DNA from: Candidatus Saccharimonadota bacterium
GTDB lineage: Bacteria; Pseudomonadota; Gammaproteobacteria; Enterobacterales; Enterobacteriaceae
Direction: 5' to 3'
Length of the DNA: 32,000 nucleotides
Assembly: GCA_049942775.1 (NCBI GenBank)
Contig: CP188087.1
Location: 501,872-533,871 of the forward strand
Part shown: positions 29,554 to 32,000 of the stretch, in pieces
Layout of the letters: every line of letters starts with the position of its first letter
How positions within the stretch are numbered: the stretch's first letter is position 1
Made by a program: the position numbers and the translations under genes
Notes under the pieces: model-generated
Told to the model about the DNA's origin: nothing
What the model saw: only the letters and a program-made list of their open reading frames with translations
The model's database searches: none

Positions 29554-30918
29554 AATTTTTTTTAAAAAATATGGATTTTTTTTATTTTTAAAGTAAAAAA
29601 GAATACTAGAATTTTTTATATTTAATTTTTTTTGAAAAAAATTCTTTAGATATTTCTTATAAGATTCATTTAATTTATCTAACATACAGCCATGTATTAT
29701 CACTCGAAGAGGTTGATAACCTCCAGGATGAGCGAAATTTAATCTTATTTTTTTTCTTTGAACTATAGGAGGTGAATGTTTTTTAGTAGCTAAATACATT
29801 ATTTTAGTTAATTTAGAACTATTAATTTTTTTATTTGATAAAAAAAATAAGTGATTACATAAATTTAAAATTTTATTTATATTTATGTTATATAAAGCTG
29901 AAATAAAATGAACACAAAAATTCGAAAAATGTTTTAATCTAGAATATGTTATTTTTTTAAAAATTTTTTTTTCGTTAGGTTTTATTAAATCCCATTTGTT
30001 AATTAGTATTATTGTAGGAATTCCTAGTTTTTGAGAATGATTCAATATTTTTAGATCTTGTTTTGTTATATTTTCTTGTGAATCAATTAAATAAACTAGT
30101 ATATTACTATTTTCTATAGTTTTATAGCTTTTTTTTATTGATAAAAATTCAATTAGATTACTATTTTTTTTTTTTTTATAAATTCCAGCTGTATCAATCA
30201 AATTATATGTTTGTGATTTAGTAATTATAGGAACAGAAATACAATCCCTAGTTGTATTTGGAGTTTTTTCTGTAATTAGTCTTTTTTCTTTAACTAATGA
30301 GTTTATTAAAGTTGATTTTCCTGCATTTGGTCTTCCTATAAATCCTATTTGTATGGTTTTGACTTTCTCTTCCTTTAGAAAATTGTTTTCTCTGGTTTTA
30401 TTTTTTTTAATTACATTTTCTATTGTTTCTTCTATTAATTTGGAAATTCCTATTTTTTTTTCGACTGAAATAGGAAATACTTTTTTGAAATTTAGATTAA
30501 CAAACTTTTCATAATATATTGTTTCAAAGTTTAAATTTTCAATTTTATTTATTATCAAAACAGTTTTTTTTTTAGTTTTTTTAATATATTTTTCTATCTT
30601 TTTATTTTCTTTAACATCTTCTTTATAAGCATCTACCAAAAAAAAAATAAGATCAGATTCTTTTATAGCAATCATAGTTTGTTCGTTTATTTTTTTTTCG
30701 ATGTCTATCTTTGTGTTTATTTTTAATCCTCCCGTATCTATTAAAATTATATTTTTTTCGGTTCTTTTAAAGAAACCGTATTTTCTATCTCTTGTTATAG
30801 ATTCGAATTTTTTTTCTTGGTTTATTATTGAATAAGAATGATTTTTTGTTAATAAATTAAATAGTTTTGATTTTCCTACATTTGGTCTTCCTATTATTGC
30901 AATAATAAATTTATTCAT
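29542..30918 (-). CDS. der: ribosome-associated GTPase Der (EngA)
   Basis: 458-aa ORF with two tandem GTPase domains (GRPNVGKSKLFN ... DTGG and GRPNAGKSTLIN ... DTAG ... NKWD) plus a C-terminal KH-like region. Confidence 0.93.
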   Translation of the reverse strand: MNKFIIAIIGRPNVGKSKLFNLLTKNHSYSIINQEKKFESITRDRKYGFFKRTEKNIILIDTGGLKINTKIDIEKKINEQTMIAIKESDLIFFLVDAYKEDVKENKKIEKYIKKTKKKTVLIINKIENLNFETIYYEKFVNLNFKKVFPISVEKKIGISKLIEETIENVIKKNKTRENNFLKEEKVKTIQIGFIGRPNAGKSTLINSLVKEKRLITEKTPNTTRDCISVPIITKSQTYNLIDTAGIYKKKKNSNLIEFLSIKKSYKTIENSNILVYLIDSQENITKQDLKILNHSQKLGIPTIILINKWDLIKPNEKKIFKKITYSRLKHFSNFCVHFISALYNININKILNLCNHLFFLSNKKINSSKLTKIMYLATKKHSPPIVQRKKIRLNFAHPGGYQPLRVIIHGCMLDKLNESYKKYLKNFFQKKLNIKNSSILFYFKNKKNPYFLKKIKKK

Positions 30919-30940
30919 TATTTTTTTCTCTAAAAAATGT

Positions 30941-30972
30941 AATATTAAGTTTTTTTAATATTAAGTTTTTTT
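30941..30972. repeat. Perfect tandem duplication of a 16-bp AT-rich unit (AATATTAAGTTTTTTT x2, with a partial third copy to 30980)
   Basis: Read directly, in the yfgM-der spacer. Confidence 0.9.
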
Positions 30973-30979
30973 AATATTT

Positions 30980-31620
30980 TTATTTTTGTAATTTTTGTAT
31001 TTTCATTTTTATTATTTCTTTTGATTTGTTATCAATTTGATATTTTAAGCTTCTTTTCCAAGTAATTACAGCTAATTTTTTTTTATTTTCTAAACAATAT
31101 ATATCACCTTGTTTATCCATAAAAATATTTTCCCAACCTTTTTCTTTGATTTCAGAAATTGTTTTTTTTGCTTTTTTGATTTCTTTTTGCTCAATTTCTA
31201 AATCAAGTATTCTAAATTTAATTATATTTTTTAAATTCTCTTCGTTTGTCATGTCTTTTAGTATGTTTAATATTTTTTCAGATTGAACGAGTTCATTATT
31301 ATTTATATGTTCTTTGGATAGTTTTAACCCCATTAATAGAGAATATGTATTTTTATTTTTTAATATATATTTTATTATTTCATGTTTTTTTTTTTTATAT
31401 CTGTATTTTTAATTATTTTTTCATCTTCTTGAAATTGATTGTTTGATAGATTTTTCTTTTCAAGAATGCTGTTTTTTCTTTCTGAGTTTTTTAAGCATAT
31501 GAATGTAGTTGCTAATATAACTATAGATAATATTAACATTATTATTAAGTGTGTTTTTTTTTCGTTACTTTTCATTTTAGAAAATAAATATTTCTTGATA
31601 AAAAAAATTATATTTTTCAT
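30980..31620 (-). pseudogene. yfgM: yfgM-like membrane-anchored TPR-like protein, split into two frames at an A12 tract
   Basis: The upstream ORF (31375-31620) has a short N-terminus and one TM helix (HLIIMLILSIVILATTFICL), like YfgM. The downstream ORF (30980-31333) aligns to the E. coli YfgM C-terminal half: EENLKNIIKFRILDLEIEQKEIKKAKKTISEIKEKGWENIFMDKQGD against DENLKAVINLRLARVQVQLKQADAALKTLDTIKGEGWAAIVADLRGE. The two frames overlap across the T12 run at 31385-31396 (A12 on the coding strand). The position upstream of der matches E. coli. Confidence 0.65.
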
Positions 31621-31757
31621 TTTGTTATTCTTTTTGTATGTTATTTTTTTTATTTTAATAATATTTTATATTATACATTTTATTAAAAAAAAAAAAAATA
31701 AAAAAAAAAAAGTTCGTCTGTTAATAACTTATACAAATTTAAGAAAACATTAATTAG

Positions 31758-31821
31758 TTATACACAGTTAATCCACATCAAAAAAGCTTTATATATCAAT
31801 GGTTAAACATAGTTATCCACA
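31758..31821 (+). promoter_or_regulatory. Cluster of three co-oriented DnaA boxes, likely the edge of oriC
   Basis: TTATACACA (31758-31766) fits TTATNCACA. TAATCCACA (31769-31777) has one mismatch. TTATCCACA (31813-31821) is the perfect consensus. Box starts are spaced 11 and 44 bp apart. The cluster lies in ORF-free DNA at the end of the window. Confidence 0.55.
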
Positions 31822-32000
31822 GGATTTCAATTTTCTAATAATAGTGTTTATTGTTTTTTTATGTTTAAAAAAAAAATAAAGTTAAATAAAGTACTTTTTA
31901 AATTTAATTTTGATATTTTTTTAAAAAAAGTGTATATGTTATTTTTTGATTTGAGTTTATAATTAAAGGTAATTTAGATATAAATAAAAAGGTTTTTTTA

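Noticed and set aside
31822-32000. AT-rich 13-mer DNA-unwinding elements (for example GATATTTTTTTAA near 31911) and a weak DnaA-like box near 31930.
   Set aside because: In DNA this AT-rich, 13-mer-like matches arise everywhere. The candidates have at least 2-3 mismatches, so they add no independent support for oriC.

Overview
The window reads as a chromosome segment from an extremely AT-rich, reduced gammaproteobacterial insect endosymbiont. Gene content and order resemble Buchnera aphidicola, but this rests on recalled E. coli and Buchnera synteny because no search was possible. The backbone is ordinary housekeeping: miaA, pgi, orn, tRNA-Gly, rpmE, hslVU, fpr, epmA, a 481-aa orphan ORF, dapF, cyaY, a tRNA Arg-His-Pro cluster, rho, trxA, ilvC, ilvD, tRNA-Trp, iscS, iscU, hscB, hscA, fdx, der and a frameshifted yfgM-like gene. 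A cluster of three DnaA boxes follows, which probably marks the edge of oriC. The clear outlier is a 5.28-kb head-to-tail array at 21726-27001, about 76 copies of a 69-bp unit with about 43% GC in a genome of roughly 20% GC, lying between iscU and hscB. It has no spacers, no mobility genes and no credible coding capacity. Its variants are almost all indels, with no sign of AT-biased decay. I do not recognise it as any known system. It is either a very recent and, for this genome type, unprecedented satellite expansion, or a non-biological insertion (misassembly, host satellite or synthetic DNA). Secondary observations are listed in the findings: a yfgM split at an A12 tract that one extra A would repair, an HscA lacking its C-terminal lid, an Asn/Asp/Lys-rich orphan protein next to 1.5 kb of ORF-free DNA, very long poly(A) tracts, and a thioredoxin with a CAPC active site.
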